DNA of 37,940 nucleotides from a virus (IMGVR_UViG_2859783438_000005), one strand, 5' to 3'; positions 8,209 to 16,821 are shown, counted from the stretch's first letter. Notes: generated by a model from the sequence alone, not told the origin. Numbers and translations: made by a program.

Positions 8209-9065
8209 GACGCAAACCGGAAGCGGAAGACAGCGCCCGCGAAAATGGTTTTGACCTTCAGGGCGGCCCTGCCGCCCCTTGGACTCGTGGCAATAACTGT
8301 CCCCGTGTACAGGAAACGGACAACAACGGGACAGAACAGCCGGAAGAACGGCCAGCACCGTGGCCGCAGCTCCCTGACGGCGTTGATGTGGATGAATGGA
8401 TGCGCTCACTGAAACGGCACGAACGCCGGGCGCTGATGCGTTCGCTTCGTGACAAACAGGCAAAAAACAGCAGTGATGAAATGCAGAGCTGGACACAGAG
8501 CCGCAAACAGCAGCGGCCTTTGCCTGATAACCACGAATTACTCGCTAAAGAATGGCGGGAGTCTGCTGAATCTCTCGGCCTGCATATCGGTGAACAACAG
8601 ATGCAGCACCTGTTACGGGGCGGCAGTCTGTACGTTGACGGCAGCATCATTGCACCGCAGGGATTTGAAATTGTACGCAAACCGGATACCCGCCCGGACA
8701 GCCGAATCACGCAGCTCTGGCAGCGCCTGAGCCGTAATCATGGCGTAAGCAGCACGGAGATCCGCCATAACCCGGTCGCCAGCTATCTGACACAGCTGGG
8801 GGCATCAGACCCTGAAGCCGCCGCACGCCTGGCATCCACACTTCAGCAGGACCAGAACACCATGAAAACACCCGTTACCGTGCTTTCTGACATGCTGCGC
8901 GCCATCCGCGACGCAGAGCACGCACAGAGAATCAGTGAAACCACTGAACGCGCCCGCCGCAAAGCAGACCTGCTGCGGGGTGGCCTGACCAGTGGAAACA
9001 AAAAACAGACAGAAACGGGACTCACGAATCCCGTAAATGAGCAAAAAACGCGCAGCGATATATGA
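8175..9065 (+). CDS. hypothetical protein overlapping the 3' end of A in another frame (start uncertain; could be a frameshifted A extension)
   Basis: 296-aa track ORF from a GTG with no clear RBS; charged, Gln/Arg-rich; internal Met candidates exist. Confidence 0.35.
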   Translation: MCTHPDNWKLVRRKPEAEDSARENGFDLQGGPAAPWTRGNNCPRVQETDNNGTEQPEERPAPWPQLPDGVDVDEWMRSLKRHERRALMRSLRDKQAKNSSDEMQSWTQSRKQQRPLPDNHELLAKEWRESAESLGLHIGEQQMQHLLRGGSLYVDGSIIAPQGFEIVRKPDTRPDSRITQLWQRLSRNHGVSSTEIRHNPVASYLTQLGASDPEAAARLASTLQQDQNTMKTPVTVLSDMLRAIRDAEHAQRISETTERARRKADLLRGGLTSGNKKQTETGLTNPVNEQKTRSDI

Positions 9066-9114
9066 AGCGCGCACAAAACAGGCAAAAACGGGATTTCAGA
9101 ATCCCGTAAACGAT
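9008..9114. promoter_or_regulatory. two palindromic iteron-like sites upstream of parM (candidate parC-like centromere/operator)
   Basis: aaacgggactcacgaatcccgtaaa and aaacgggatttcagaatcccgtaaa, each an inverted repeat around cggga/tcccg, about 70 bp apart, the second about 30 bp upstream of the parM start. Confidence 0.4.
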
Positions 9115-9141
9115 TAATTAATCAACATAAGGAAAAGCGAC

Positions 9142-10101
9142 ATGAAAATTTGTATCGACGACGGCTCCACCAACATCAAGCTGGCATGGACTGAGAACGG
9201 CGAACGCCGCAACGCCATCAGCCCGAACAGCTTCAAGTCGGAATGGTCTGCGCCGTTCGGTGGCATGCAGCCCGCGAACTACATGCTTGATGGCGTGCGC
9301 TATGGTTTTGATCCGGTCAGCGATCGCTTTGTCCAGACAACCGACACGCAATACCAGTACAGCGATGTAAATGTCATTGCCATTCATCACGCGCTGGTCA
9401 AATCAGGCATCACGCCACAGGAGGTGGATGTGGTTGTCACCCTGCCACTGAGCGAGTATTTCGACACAAACGCACAGCCGGACATGGCCAACATCAACCG
9501 CAAAAAAGCGAACGTTATGCGCCCGGTGGAGTACCAGAACGGCGAAGCATTCACTATCCGTAACGTGCGGGTTATGCCTGAATCCATTCCGGCTGGCTTT
9601 AAGGCACTGGCTGACATGAGTCCGTTTGAATCCCTGCTGATTGTGGATTTGGGCGGAACCACGCTGGATGTGGCAAAGGTTCAGGGGCAACTGGCAGGTA
9701 TCAGCCAGGTGTTTTGCGATCCACACGTAGGCGTTTCTCTGATGGCCGATGCCGTACTGTCGGTGATGGCCACTAACGGTATGCGCACCAGTCACCACAT
9801 CGCCAATACCATTATCGAACATCGCCATGATGAAGCCTGGCTGCGCCAGCACATCCACAATGACGCGCATTACGCCAGCCTGATGGCGGTTATTCGTGAA
9901 AAGGAAGAAACACTGAAACAACGCGTGATCCGCGCGCTGGCGGGTTTTTCGGGTTACGGGCGGGTGATGGTTGTCGGTGGAGGGGCGGAGATTGTGGCAC
10001 CCGCTATCCGCGAAGCCTGCGGAGTTAATGCGACTTTCATCGCGGACGGGGTGCCACAGTTTGCTCTGGTTAATGGGCTGTACGCAATGGACAAGGAGTA
10101 A
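9142..10101 (+). CDS. parM: ParM/StbA-family actin-like ATPase
   Basis: 319-aa ORF; alignable along its length with plasmid R1 ParM as I remember it (MKICIDDGSTNIKLAW vs MLVFIDDGSTNIKLQW; YSDVNVIAIHHAL; VMPESIPAG; LIVDLGGTTLD; VMVVGGGAE; LVNGLY). Confidence 0.85.
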   Translation: MKICIDDGSTNIKLAWTENGERRNAISPNSFKSEWSAPFGGMQPANYMLDGVRYGFDPVSDRFVQTTDTQYQYSDVNVIAIHHALVKSGITPQEVDVVVTLPLSEYFDTNAQPDMANINRKKANVMRPVEYQNGEAFTIRNVRVMPESIPAGFKALADMSPFESLLIVDLGGTTLDVAKVQGQLAGISQVFCDPHVGVSLMADAVLSVMATNGMRTSHHIANTIIEHRHDEAWLRQHIHNDAHYASLMAVIREKEETLKQRVIRALAGFSGYGRVMVVGGGAEIVAPAIREACGVNATFIADGVPQFALVNGLYAMDKE

Positions 10102-10105
10102 ACCA

Positions 10106-10417
10106 ATGACGACACCAACCAGACGGATAAGTTTCTATCTGAAGCCTGCGGCCGTCAAGAACGAAAGCGAAGCATGCGCCTGGCTGGGCAGCCTTACACC
10201 AGAAGCCCGCAAAAGCGGCCAACGCGTGGCTTTTCTGGCCGGGCTGGCACTTCTGAAAATGAATCCAGCAGAGGCTTACCGACTGGCTGCATGGGCTGAC
10301 GATGAGGCGTTATCGGTGACACAAACCAGGACAGAACGCCCCGTGCCACAGCCAGTACCAACCGCACAGATAACCAGTCAGATAGCAGGGAATATCCGGG
10401 CATTATTTCCTGAATGA
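10106..10417 (+). CDS. parR: ParR-like small DNA-binding adaptor (putative)
   Basis: track ORF 9971..10417 trimmed to Met MTTPTRRISFYLKPAA preceded by an AAGGAG RBS; 103 aa; N-terminus resembles R1 ParR (IAFKLNPD...AALTAGLALY...SLFPKE vs ISFYLKPA...VAFLAGLALL...ALFPE); immediately downstream of parM. Confidence 0.6.
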   Translation: MTTPTRRISFYLKPAAVKNESEACAWLGSLTPEARKSGQRVAFLAGLALLKMNPAEAYRLAAWADDEALSVTQTRTERPVPQPVPTAQITSQIAGNIRALFPE

Positions 10418-10477
10418 CGAATTTGACGGCTTTTAATTTTATCGGGGTGCACTGTCGCCCCGCACGAGGAAAACACG

Positions 10478-11002
10478 ATGAAAAAATACGAATACATGCT
10501 AATGAAAGAAGCACTGCGGGCTGGTCTGGCTCCCTGTCCTGTATCCGTAGAAGCTGTTGTTGGGAACACGATTTTCCGAACGCTGCGAAATCGCGTATCC
10601 GTGAAGATGGTTCACCAACCACCCAAATCTACCAGCATGATCTATCTGCCGCTGCCCGAGGCTATCAAACTTATGCGTTCGCTGAAATTTGCGATTTGGA
10701 TGCAGACACAAATCAACAAAGCGGTGCAAAACACCTTCGTTAAGAGACTAATACCGGAGCTTGCTGCCAGATGTGCAAAATGTACCAGACCCGCACTTCA
10801 ATTTGATCTGTCATTGATTCAACAAGCTACGGAGGCAGAACTGTACCGCCTGTCACCTATCCGTGATGCTCACACGGAAGCATCAGAAATGTTCCGGCTC
10901 ATGTTTCAATTTAATTTTGCCGTTCGACGCACACGCGTTCAGGTCAATCGCATGATGCAGGAGCAGGAAGAGTTAACACAGTACAAAGGGGGCAGCCAGT
11001 GA
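10478..11002 (+). CDS. hypothetical protein (174 aa)
   Basis: ORF with GAGGA RBS; no family recognised. Confidence 0.5.
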   Translation: MKKYEYMLMKEALRAGLAPCPVSVEAVVGNTIFRTLRNRVSVKMVHQPPKSTSMIYLPLPEAIKLMRSLKFAIWMQTQINKAVQNTFVKRLIPELAARCAKCTRPALQFDLSLIQQATEAELYRLSPIRDAHTEASEMFRLMFQFNFAVRRTRVQVNRMMQEQEELTQYKGGSQ

Positions 11003-11238
11003 GTAATTCAGCACGACTACAGCTTGGTTTTTCACCGCTATCAAAAACCATCGTATTGGCAAAAATGCGTGACTTAGGAGACGGAACAAAACGCCGCGTA
11101 GGAAATGATCGCGGTCGCGATGTAACCAACGAGGCCGCTCAACTCGTTTGGCATCTAGTCATGGCAGAAGGCGGTGAAATTAATTGGGAGCTGGATGATG
11201 GTTCTCGTATGATTTTGAGGGCCGAGAAGAGTAAATAG
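10999..11238 (+). CDS. hypothetical protein (79 aa)
   Basis: ATGA start/stop overlap with the upstream ORF suggests translational coupling. Confidence 0.45.
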   Translation: MSNSARLQLGFSPLSKTIVLAKMRDLGDGTKRRVGNDRGRDVTNEAAQLVWHLVMAEGGEINWELDDGSRMILRAEKSK

Positions 11239-11252
11239 CTCAAGGGGGATTA

Positions 11253-11438
11253 ATGCTAAATGATGATGAAGAAGAGCTGCTTATGCAGGAATGGTCGCTC
11301 GGTGATTATGATAATGGTGAAAATGGGTGCCCGCATTGTGGCCGTTATCGTTTATGTATCTGCCAGAATGGAAAACACAGATGTGAAAAGTGCAATTGGT
11401 CTCCGGAACTTAATGACTACGTGCCGATCGAGTGGTAG
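11253..11438 (+). CDS. small Cys-rich zinc-ribbon-like protein (61 aa)
   Basis: CPHCGRYRLCICQNGKHRCEKC: CxxC ... CxC ... CxxC spacing; GGGGG RBS upstream. Confidence 0.45.
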   Translation: MLNDDEEELLMQEWSLGDYDNGENGCPHCGRYRLCICQNGKHRCEKCNWSPELNDYVPIEW

Positions 11439-11478
11439 AGGTAAGTCACACTAGGTGTTTTTTAGTTGATTTTATAAA

Positions 11479-11505
11479 TGCACAATAGTGCACAAATTTG
11501 CACAA
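11479..11505. repeat. three direct TGCACAA repeats phased at exactly 10 bp
   Basis: aaaTGCACAAtagTGCACAAattTGCACAAttttttt in a 0.5-kb non-coding stretch. Confidence 0.5.
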
Positions 11506-11876
11506 TTTTTTTGAACGACTTTTTGCCCTTCCGGCCCGCGTGGCGGCTGGATCCGTCAAGGATCCGTGCATGCACAAAAAACGCGTTTTTTCTGCGCGCA
11601 GGTGACGGGGGAACAGCCCGCGTTTCAGGGGGTAAATAGCATTCCCTGAACGATGTCGCAGAGATACAACAGAATGGCTGTATTTCTCACGCTGAGCGTG
11701 AAAAAGACGTGAGGGCTTTTGATTTGATGGGGTGAAAGGTAAGGCCGTCAAAATCGCACTGAGACGGCGAGAATATGCAGTCAACGAGGTGGGATTGCGT
11801 AAGAGTCTGACTGTCGATGATGGCAATCAGCAGGAAAGCGTCGTGAAATTATCTGACTGATACAGGAGCTGGAGAG

Positions 11877-11902
11877 TCGGGGCATAAATTTTTTATGCCC
11901 CG
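11877..11902. terminator. strong hairpin between the early region and the portal gene 3' end (bidirectional terminator candidate, possibly in the cos region)
   Basis: ggggcataaa-ttt-tttatgcccc, perfect 10-bp stem, lying between convergent transcription units. Confidence 0.4.
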
Positions 11903-12029
11903 GCGAAGCAGCAGACAAGCGAAGCGCGTCAGGATGTGGGCTGGGTGTCTAACAGTGCGTAAGGGTTAAAGCGGATCACCTCTTCGCCAAGCCAGTCATT
12001 GATGTGCTTCATGGCCTCCATGACGGGCA

Positions 12030-12974
12030 TCAGCTCGTTAATTGCGTAAACCCGCGCGGCCTTCTCCACATCACCAAACGCACTTTTTTCGCCCGGCATC
12101 GCCCCATCAGTTGCGGCGGAACGCGGTGCGCAGCCAGCACATCATCACGGGATGCCGCCTTAACATTCATGAACTCATCCTTTGCGGTGATCTGCTGGAA
12201 CGGCAAAATTTGCACCCCCTCTTTGCCCCCGTTGGGCGCATGAATGAGCACGTTTTTAAACGCACCACCACCACGTGCCCCCTGTAGCGTTTCTTTCAGG
12301 GAGTCCATGCTTTCGCGGTTTACCTGCGCTGCACCGATGTAGATGATGCACCCGGCGTGGGATCCGTTGTCGTAGTACAGTTTTCTGAACATGTCCGCCG
12401 AATGAGAAAGGCTGGCCGAGAGTAATGCGCCAAGATATTCCGGCATGCCGTAGATTTCCTGGTTAATATCCGGATTCATCAGGTGGCACACTTTGCCAGG
12501 ACGAAACTGAAACGCATCCTTGCCATCCTGCACATACCACCATGATTCAAGATCGCTTCCGCGTCGCATGTATTTCGCCAGGGCGTGCCGTAATTTAAGC
12601 GGTTCGCCGAGCATATTGCTCCGAAGCTCAAGGAATGCGTTACCGAACACAAACCAGTCCAGCGCCAGCGCCGAGAAATCCTGCCGGGAAAGCAGCGGGT
12701 GCGGAATATAGCAGCCGAGCAATACATTGCGCTTAAAGTAAAGCGCAGACTGATGCCAGGACGTTTGCCGGGCAGCTCTTGCCAGACCGTACCAGTCCAC
12801 CGGGGTTTCATACCACCGCCCGTTATCAGCACAGTACATATTGTCCAGCAGGTCATGCCCGGTCAGGCGGTAAGGACCATCAAATGTGAATGCACTGAGC
12901 GACGATTCTTTCCTGAGCGCATCAGCGAGATCAATGCGTGAACTCATGCGCACTTTTTTATTTTTTCTGCTCAT
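12030..12974 (-). CDS. Q: portal protein (P2 gpQ family), C-terminus out of frame (likely frameshifted pseudogene or sequencing error)
   Basis: 314-aa ORF with Q-like body ending in an Arg-rich tail (GRCRAKKVRLVMWRRPRGFTQLTS); the +1 frame continues to 11929 with a protein-like C-terminus (GAMPGEKSAFGDVEKAARVYAINELMPVMEAMKHINDWLGEEVIRF...). Confidence 0.8.
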   Translation of the reverse strand: MSRKNKKVRMSSRIDLADALRKESSLSAFTFDGPYRLTGHDLLDNMYCADNGRWYETPVDWYGLARAARQTSWHQSALYFKRNVLLGCYIPHPLLSRQDFSALALDWFVFGNAFLELRSNMLGEPLKLRHALAKYMRRGSDLESWWYVQDGKDAFQFRPGKVCHLMNPDINQEIYGMPEYLGALLSASLSHSADMFRKLYYDNGSHAGCIIYIGAAQVNRESMDSLKETLQGARGGGAFKNVLIHAPNGGKEGVQILPFQQITAKDEFMNVKAASRDDVLAAHRVPPQLMGRCRAKKVRLVMWRRPRGFTQLTS

Positions 12975-14725
12975 CAGAACTCCATAACCGTGAAACGCTC
13001 GTTTTCTCCTTCGCCGCCAATCGGTTCGTTAATGACAGCAAGCATGGTTGCCCACGCAAGGTCGCCGTGGCTGATCCCCCTCGCGCGGTCCGTTTCGTAA
13101 GTGATAAAACCGCCCGGTGTTTTCACCTTACGCACGGCGTTAAAGGCCGCAACCAGCTCGCGTTCGGCGCGATCGTATTCCCACCGCCCGGCACGCATTA
13201 TTTGCAGCATTTTCAGTACCAGCGACCGTTTTGATGACAGCGTGAAGGTGTAAGGGATGGCGGCGGGAAAAAACCGTTTCACTATCTGATAGACGGCATC
13301 CCCGTGCCCGCCCGTCGCATCAATGCCGATGTGTTCCACGTTGTAGCGATACGTGAACTCTTCAATAACTCTGGCCTGCTCTTCAAATTCCAGCCCCTGA
13401 ACGCGTCGCGTCTCCACCGTTCTGAAACGACCACCAGGAACAGCCGGAGGAACCACCACGGACACAGCGCCGCTGTCGCCGTTACCACTGCTGCCGTTTG
13501 CGTCATACCCAATCCATACCGGACGATTCCCCATCGGGCGGGGGGCAAAGGGTTTCCAGTCTTTCCAGTCGTCGTATCCGTCAACACCGCAGCCAATCAG
13601 GATATTCAGGTTAAATGCCGATTCCCCTTCGCGGACAAACTCACACATATAGAGATTGCGGAACTCGTCTTCGGTGTTTTCATCACGAATTTCATCAATA
13701 TCGGTGTGTTTCCAGCCGTGATTAACCACATCTTCCAGCGTGACAATTTGCCGCCACGTCCGGTCAGGGCAGATAAGCCCGTTATGCAGCGTTTTCCAGT
13801 CCACAGAAAAACGCTGGCGTTTATGCGCGGCCTTTTTCTCGTTCCAGCGGTCGCCGTTCCAGTAGGCGTATGCCTCGTGCGTTTCGGTGGATGGCGTGGA
13901 GAAGCAGGTGCGCCGCAGTCCGCTGAGGGTTGCCATAGCGCCAGCCACCTTGCGCAGTTCAGCAAAGCGACTGACCCAGAAAAATTCATCAAAATAAAAA
14001 TTGCCCGTGTAAGATTGCGCCGTCGCAGCAGAAGTGCCGAGAAAATGCATCTCTGCGCCGTTGGAGAGGATGATTTTATCGCCCCCTTTCAGCTCCACAT
14101 CGACTTCAGCCGCGGCCTTCTGAATAATGCTTTTAAACTGGAACGCCTGACGACGCGACGCAGACAAAAAAATCTGGTTACGCTGGTAAGGTTGTGCCAC
14201 ATCGTCACGCAGCGCCATCAGCAGTGCTTCCTGTGCAAAATACCAGGTCGCCCCAATCTGTCGGGATTTCAGGATCATCCTGTTACGTATCCCGGCTTCC
14301 CTGCAAAGCGTCAGGGAGTCAAACCAGCCCCGCTGATGCCACTCCAGCCTGCTGATGATTTTTTCCCGCAGTGCGGCAATCTGTTCCGGCGTGAAATGAT
14401 TTTTGAGTTTTTTCGCCCGGCCTTTCTTTCCTGTGGCCGTCGCATCCGGCTGGCCATCATGCAGTTTTTTAAGCTGCCGGGTCAGCAGGTCTATTTCCTT
14501 AAAGTCACCACCTGTTTTATTCTGTTTTTCAGTAAGCTGGATGAGGCGCGCATCGATGGACTGCGTGACACGCTGCACGGGTGGCGTTTCATCCCACTGG
14601 TCGCGTTTTTTCCACGCATAAATCGTGTTCGGGTTTATTCCCATCAGACGTGATATTTCTGCGGGCGGATAACCCTGCCAGTAAAGTTGCCGCGCACGCT
14701 GGCGCACAAAAGCGTCCTGAATCAT
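12974..14725 (-). CDS. P: terminase large (ATPase) subunit (P2 gpP family)
   Basis: 583-aa ORF, N-terminus MIQDAFVRQRARQLYWQGY...; divergent from O as in P2; 1-nt overlap with the Q start. Confidence 0.9.
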   Translation of the reverse strand: MIQDAFVRQRARQLYWQGYPPAEISRLMGINPNTIYAWKKRDQWDETPPVQRVTQSIDARLIQLTEKQNKTGGDFKEIDLLTRQLKKLHDGQPDATATGKKGRAKKLKNHFTPEQIAALREKIISRLEWHQRGWFDSLTLCREAGIRNRMILKSRQIGATWYFAQEALLMALRDDVAQPYQRNQIFLSASRRQAFQFKSIIQKAAAEVDVELKGGDKIILSNGAEMHFLGTSAATAQSYTGNFYFDEFFWVSRFAELRKVAGAMATLSGLRRTCFSTPSTETHEAYAYWNGDRWNEKKAAHKRQRFSVDWKTLHNGLICPDRTWRQIVTLEDVVNHGWKHTDIDEIRDENTEDEFRNLYMCEFVREGESAFNLNILIGCGVDGYDDWKDWKPFAPRPMGNRPVWIGYDANGSSGNGDSGAVSVVVPPAVPGGRFRTVETRRVQGLEFEEQARVIEEFTYRYNVEHIGIDATGGHGDAVYQIVKRFFPAAIPYTFTLSSKRSLVLKMLQIMRAGRWEYDRAERELVAAFNAVRKVKTPGGFITYETDRARGISHGDLAWATMLAVINEPIGGEGENERFTVMEF

Positions 14726-14879
14726 TGCTCCCCCTGAGTAATTACAGGAAGATTACCCGCGCGCGAAACCGTTCTCCTTAACCCCCTGTTCTGGCCGTTT
14801 TCTTACAACAAAAGCCCTTTGTATCAGCCTGTTACGCTTTGCCATCATGACTGAAGAACCAGTCAGAGGGGCAAAAACT

Positions 14880-15716
14880 ATGGCTAATGAAAAAAAGACA
14901 TCCCGCAAAAAGTTTCGCGTGGCTGTCTCCGGATCAACTGTTGATGGCCGTGAAATCAGTCCGGTGCATCTGCGTGAAGCCGCCGAGAACTTCAACCCGG
15001 ATGTTTACGCTGCCCGCGTGAACGTTGAGCACTATCTCTCGCCATGCCCGTCAAGCGAATTTTCCGCAATGGGCGATGTCACCGCACTGAGTACGGAAGA
15101 CATTACGGAAGGTCCGCTGGCCGGACGTACTGCGCTGTATGCAGAAATCGAACCGACCGAGCGCATGAAGCAGCTTGTCGCGGACGGCAAGAAAATCTAT
15201 TCCAGTATCGAACTGCACCCGCAGTTCTCCGTTAACGGGCGCGCCTATCTGGTCGGGCTGGCGATGACCGACACCCCGGCAAGCCTGGGCACTGAGCGCC
15301 TGAAATTCACGGCACAGCAACGTCAGGCGGTGATGACGTTCAACAGTATCCAGGGTGAAGCACCGCTTATCTCCGAAGCCATCGAGTCTGAAATCATCGA
15401 AATGGCAGAACAACGCCAGGAAGAAGGCACCCAGTGGTTTAACCGCGTAATGGGGATTATTGGTCGTGGCCGCAAAGCGGATGACGCCAGTTTCTCCCGT
15501 ATTCAGGAAGCGGTGGAAAGCGTCGCAACGTCACAGGCCGACATTATCGACCGTTTTAATGCGCTGGAAACACGCCATCAGCAGGACAGCCAGAAAATCA
15601 CTTTACTGACCACGGAGCTGACAGCACTGAAGGAAAAACTGCGCACGCAGGACGGCGATCCGCAGAACCGGTTCACCGCAACGGGCGCAGCCTCCGACCA
15701 GCTGGCTGACTTCTGA
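14880..15716 (+). CDS. O: capsid scaffolding protein (P2 gpO family)
   Basis: track ORF 14847..15716 trimmed to Met MANEKKTSRKKFRVAVSGSTVDGREISP (compare P2 O, MAKKVSKFFRIGVEGDTCDGRVIS) with GAGGGG RBS. Confidence 0.85.
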   Translation: MANEKKTSRKKFRVAVSGSTVDGREISPVHLREAAENFNPDVYAARVNVEHYLSPCPSSEFSAMGDVTALSTEDITEGPLAGRTALYAEIEPTERMKQLVADGKKIYSSIELHPQFSVNGRAYLVGLAMTDTPASLGTERLKFTAQQRQAVMTFNSIQGEAPLISEAIESEIIEMAEQRQEEGTQWFNRVMGIIGRGRKADDASFSRIQEAVESVATSQADIIDRFNALETRHQQDSQKITLLTTELTALKEKLRTQDGDPQNRFTATGAASDQLADF

Positions 15717-15739
15717 TAAGACAAAGGAGCAAATTTTTT

Positions 15740-16792
15740 ATGAATCTGGTGATGTCAGATATTACCCGCAACAAGCTGGGTTGCTATATGGCGCAGCAGG
15801 CGTCGCTTAACAATATCCCGGTTTCTGCACTGGTATCGCGATTTACCGTGGAACCTGCGGTGCAGCAACGTTTTGAAAACGCCTCAAAGGATAGCACCGA
15901 ACTTACAAAAAAAATTAACGTGATCGGCGTGACCGACCAGAAAGGCGAAAAAATCCTCCTGGACACCACAGGACCGATTGCACGCACAAATACCAGTTAT
16001 GACGGAACAAAACGCCGTAACCCGAATAACGTGGTTGATCTGAAAAACCGCAAATACCAGTGCGAACAGGTGAACTACGACACGTTTATTTCGTATCCGC
16101 AGCTTGATGCCTGGTCGGCACACAGCGATTTTCAGTCCCGCATCAGCGCACAGATTGCCCGACAGGTGGCACTTGACCGCATCATGATCGGTTTCAACGG
16201 CACATCTCACGCGGATGAGTCCAACTTCAGCACCAACAAGCTGCTTCAGGACGTTAACGTGGGGTGGCTGGAGCACATCAGAACCAATGCCAGCGAGCGC
16301 GTAATGAATGACGTGACGCTGACTTCCCGCAACATGGACAACACCGTGGCGCACGCGGGTAAATACGCGAACCCTGATGCACTGGTACAGGACGCGCGCT
16401 CATCTCTGCTGGATGAATGGCACAAGGAAGCTGACGACCTCGTGGTGATTATGGGGCGCAACCTGTTTAACTCGCTGCGTCTGCCAGTGCTGAACAGCAT
16501 CAGCGGCCAGAATCCCAATGCGGAATTACTTGCCGGGCAGCTCATCCTGTCATCGCGCACCATTGGCGGGCTGGGTGTGTTCCTTGCACCGTTCTTCCCG
16601 GATGCAACGATGCTGATCACCTCATTCAACAACCTGTCGATTTACTGGCAGAAAGGTTCAATGCGTCGTCTGATGAAAGACGAACCGGAATACAACCGCA
16701 TCGCCACCTACCAGTCCATCAATGACGCTTATGTCGTTGAAGACTATGGCAAGTGCGCGATGGTCACTGGCCTGAAGTTCGCCGACAGCTAA
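15740..16792 (+). CDS. N: major capsid protein (P2 gpN family)
   Basis: 350-aa ORF with AAGGAG RBS; conserved blocks shared with P2 N (KFTVEP, GEKI, MIGFNG, LQDV.VGWL, DLVVI.GR, YFPDA.MLIT, NLSIY, YVVEDY). Confidence 0.9.
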   Translation: MNLVMSDITRNKLGCYMAQQASLNNIPVSALVSRFTVEPAVQQRFENASKDSTELTKKINVIGVTDQKGEKILLDTTGPIARTNTSYDGTKRRNPNNVVDLKNRKYQCEQVNYDTFISYPQLDAWSAHSDFQSRISAQIARQVALDRIMIGFNGTSHADESNFSTNKLLQDVNVGWLEHIRTNASERVMNDVTLTSRNMDNTVAHAGKYANPDALVQDARSSLLDEWHKEADDLVVIMGRNLFNSLRLPVLNSISGQNPNAELLAGQLILSSRTIGGLGVFLAPFFPDATMLITSFNNLSIYWQKGSMRRLMKDEPEYNRIATYQSINDAYVVEDYGKCAMVTGLKFADS

Positions 16793-16802
16793 TCAACTCA
16801 CG

Positions 16803-16821
16803 GCGGGCATCATGCCCGCCT
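16803..16821 (+). terminator. hairpin after the capsid gene (attenuator/terminator candidate)
   Basis: ggcgggc-atcat-gcccgcc directly after the N stop; no clear T-run, so weak. Confidence 0.3.

Noticed and set aside
7670-8496. Several 100-160 aa minus-strand ORFs inside and just after gene A
   Set aside because: Arg/Cys/Pro-rich antisense frames within a conserved replication gene; no independent support.
9403-9921. 172-aa minus-strand ORF
   Set aside because: Antisense to the ParM-like gene, which has strong family resemblance; rejected as shadow ORF.
10420-11520. Search for a LexA box (CTGT-N8-ACAG) and a Tum/DinI-like antirepressor as in phage 186
   Set aside because: No convincing LexA box found by eye and none of the small ORFs resembles DinI/Tum as I recall it; not reported as a feature.
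11446-11826. 126-aa minus-strand ORF in the non-coding stretch upstream of the portal gene end
   Set aside because: Ser/Arg-rich low-complexity translation with no RBS; it spans the repeat and GC-rich structured DNA more consistent with cos or regulatory sequence than with a gene.
13304-14653. 449-aa plus-strand ORF in the track
   Set aside because: Lies entirely antisense to the well-supported terminase large subunit gene (12974-14725); product is low-complexity and Arg/Pro-rich; typical spurious open frame opposite a GC-rich gene.
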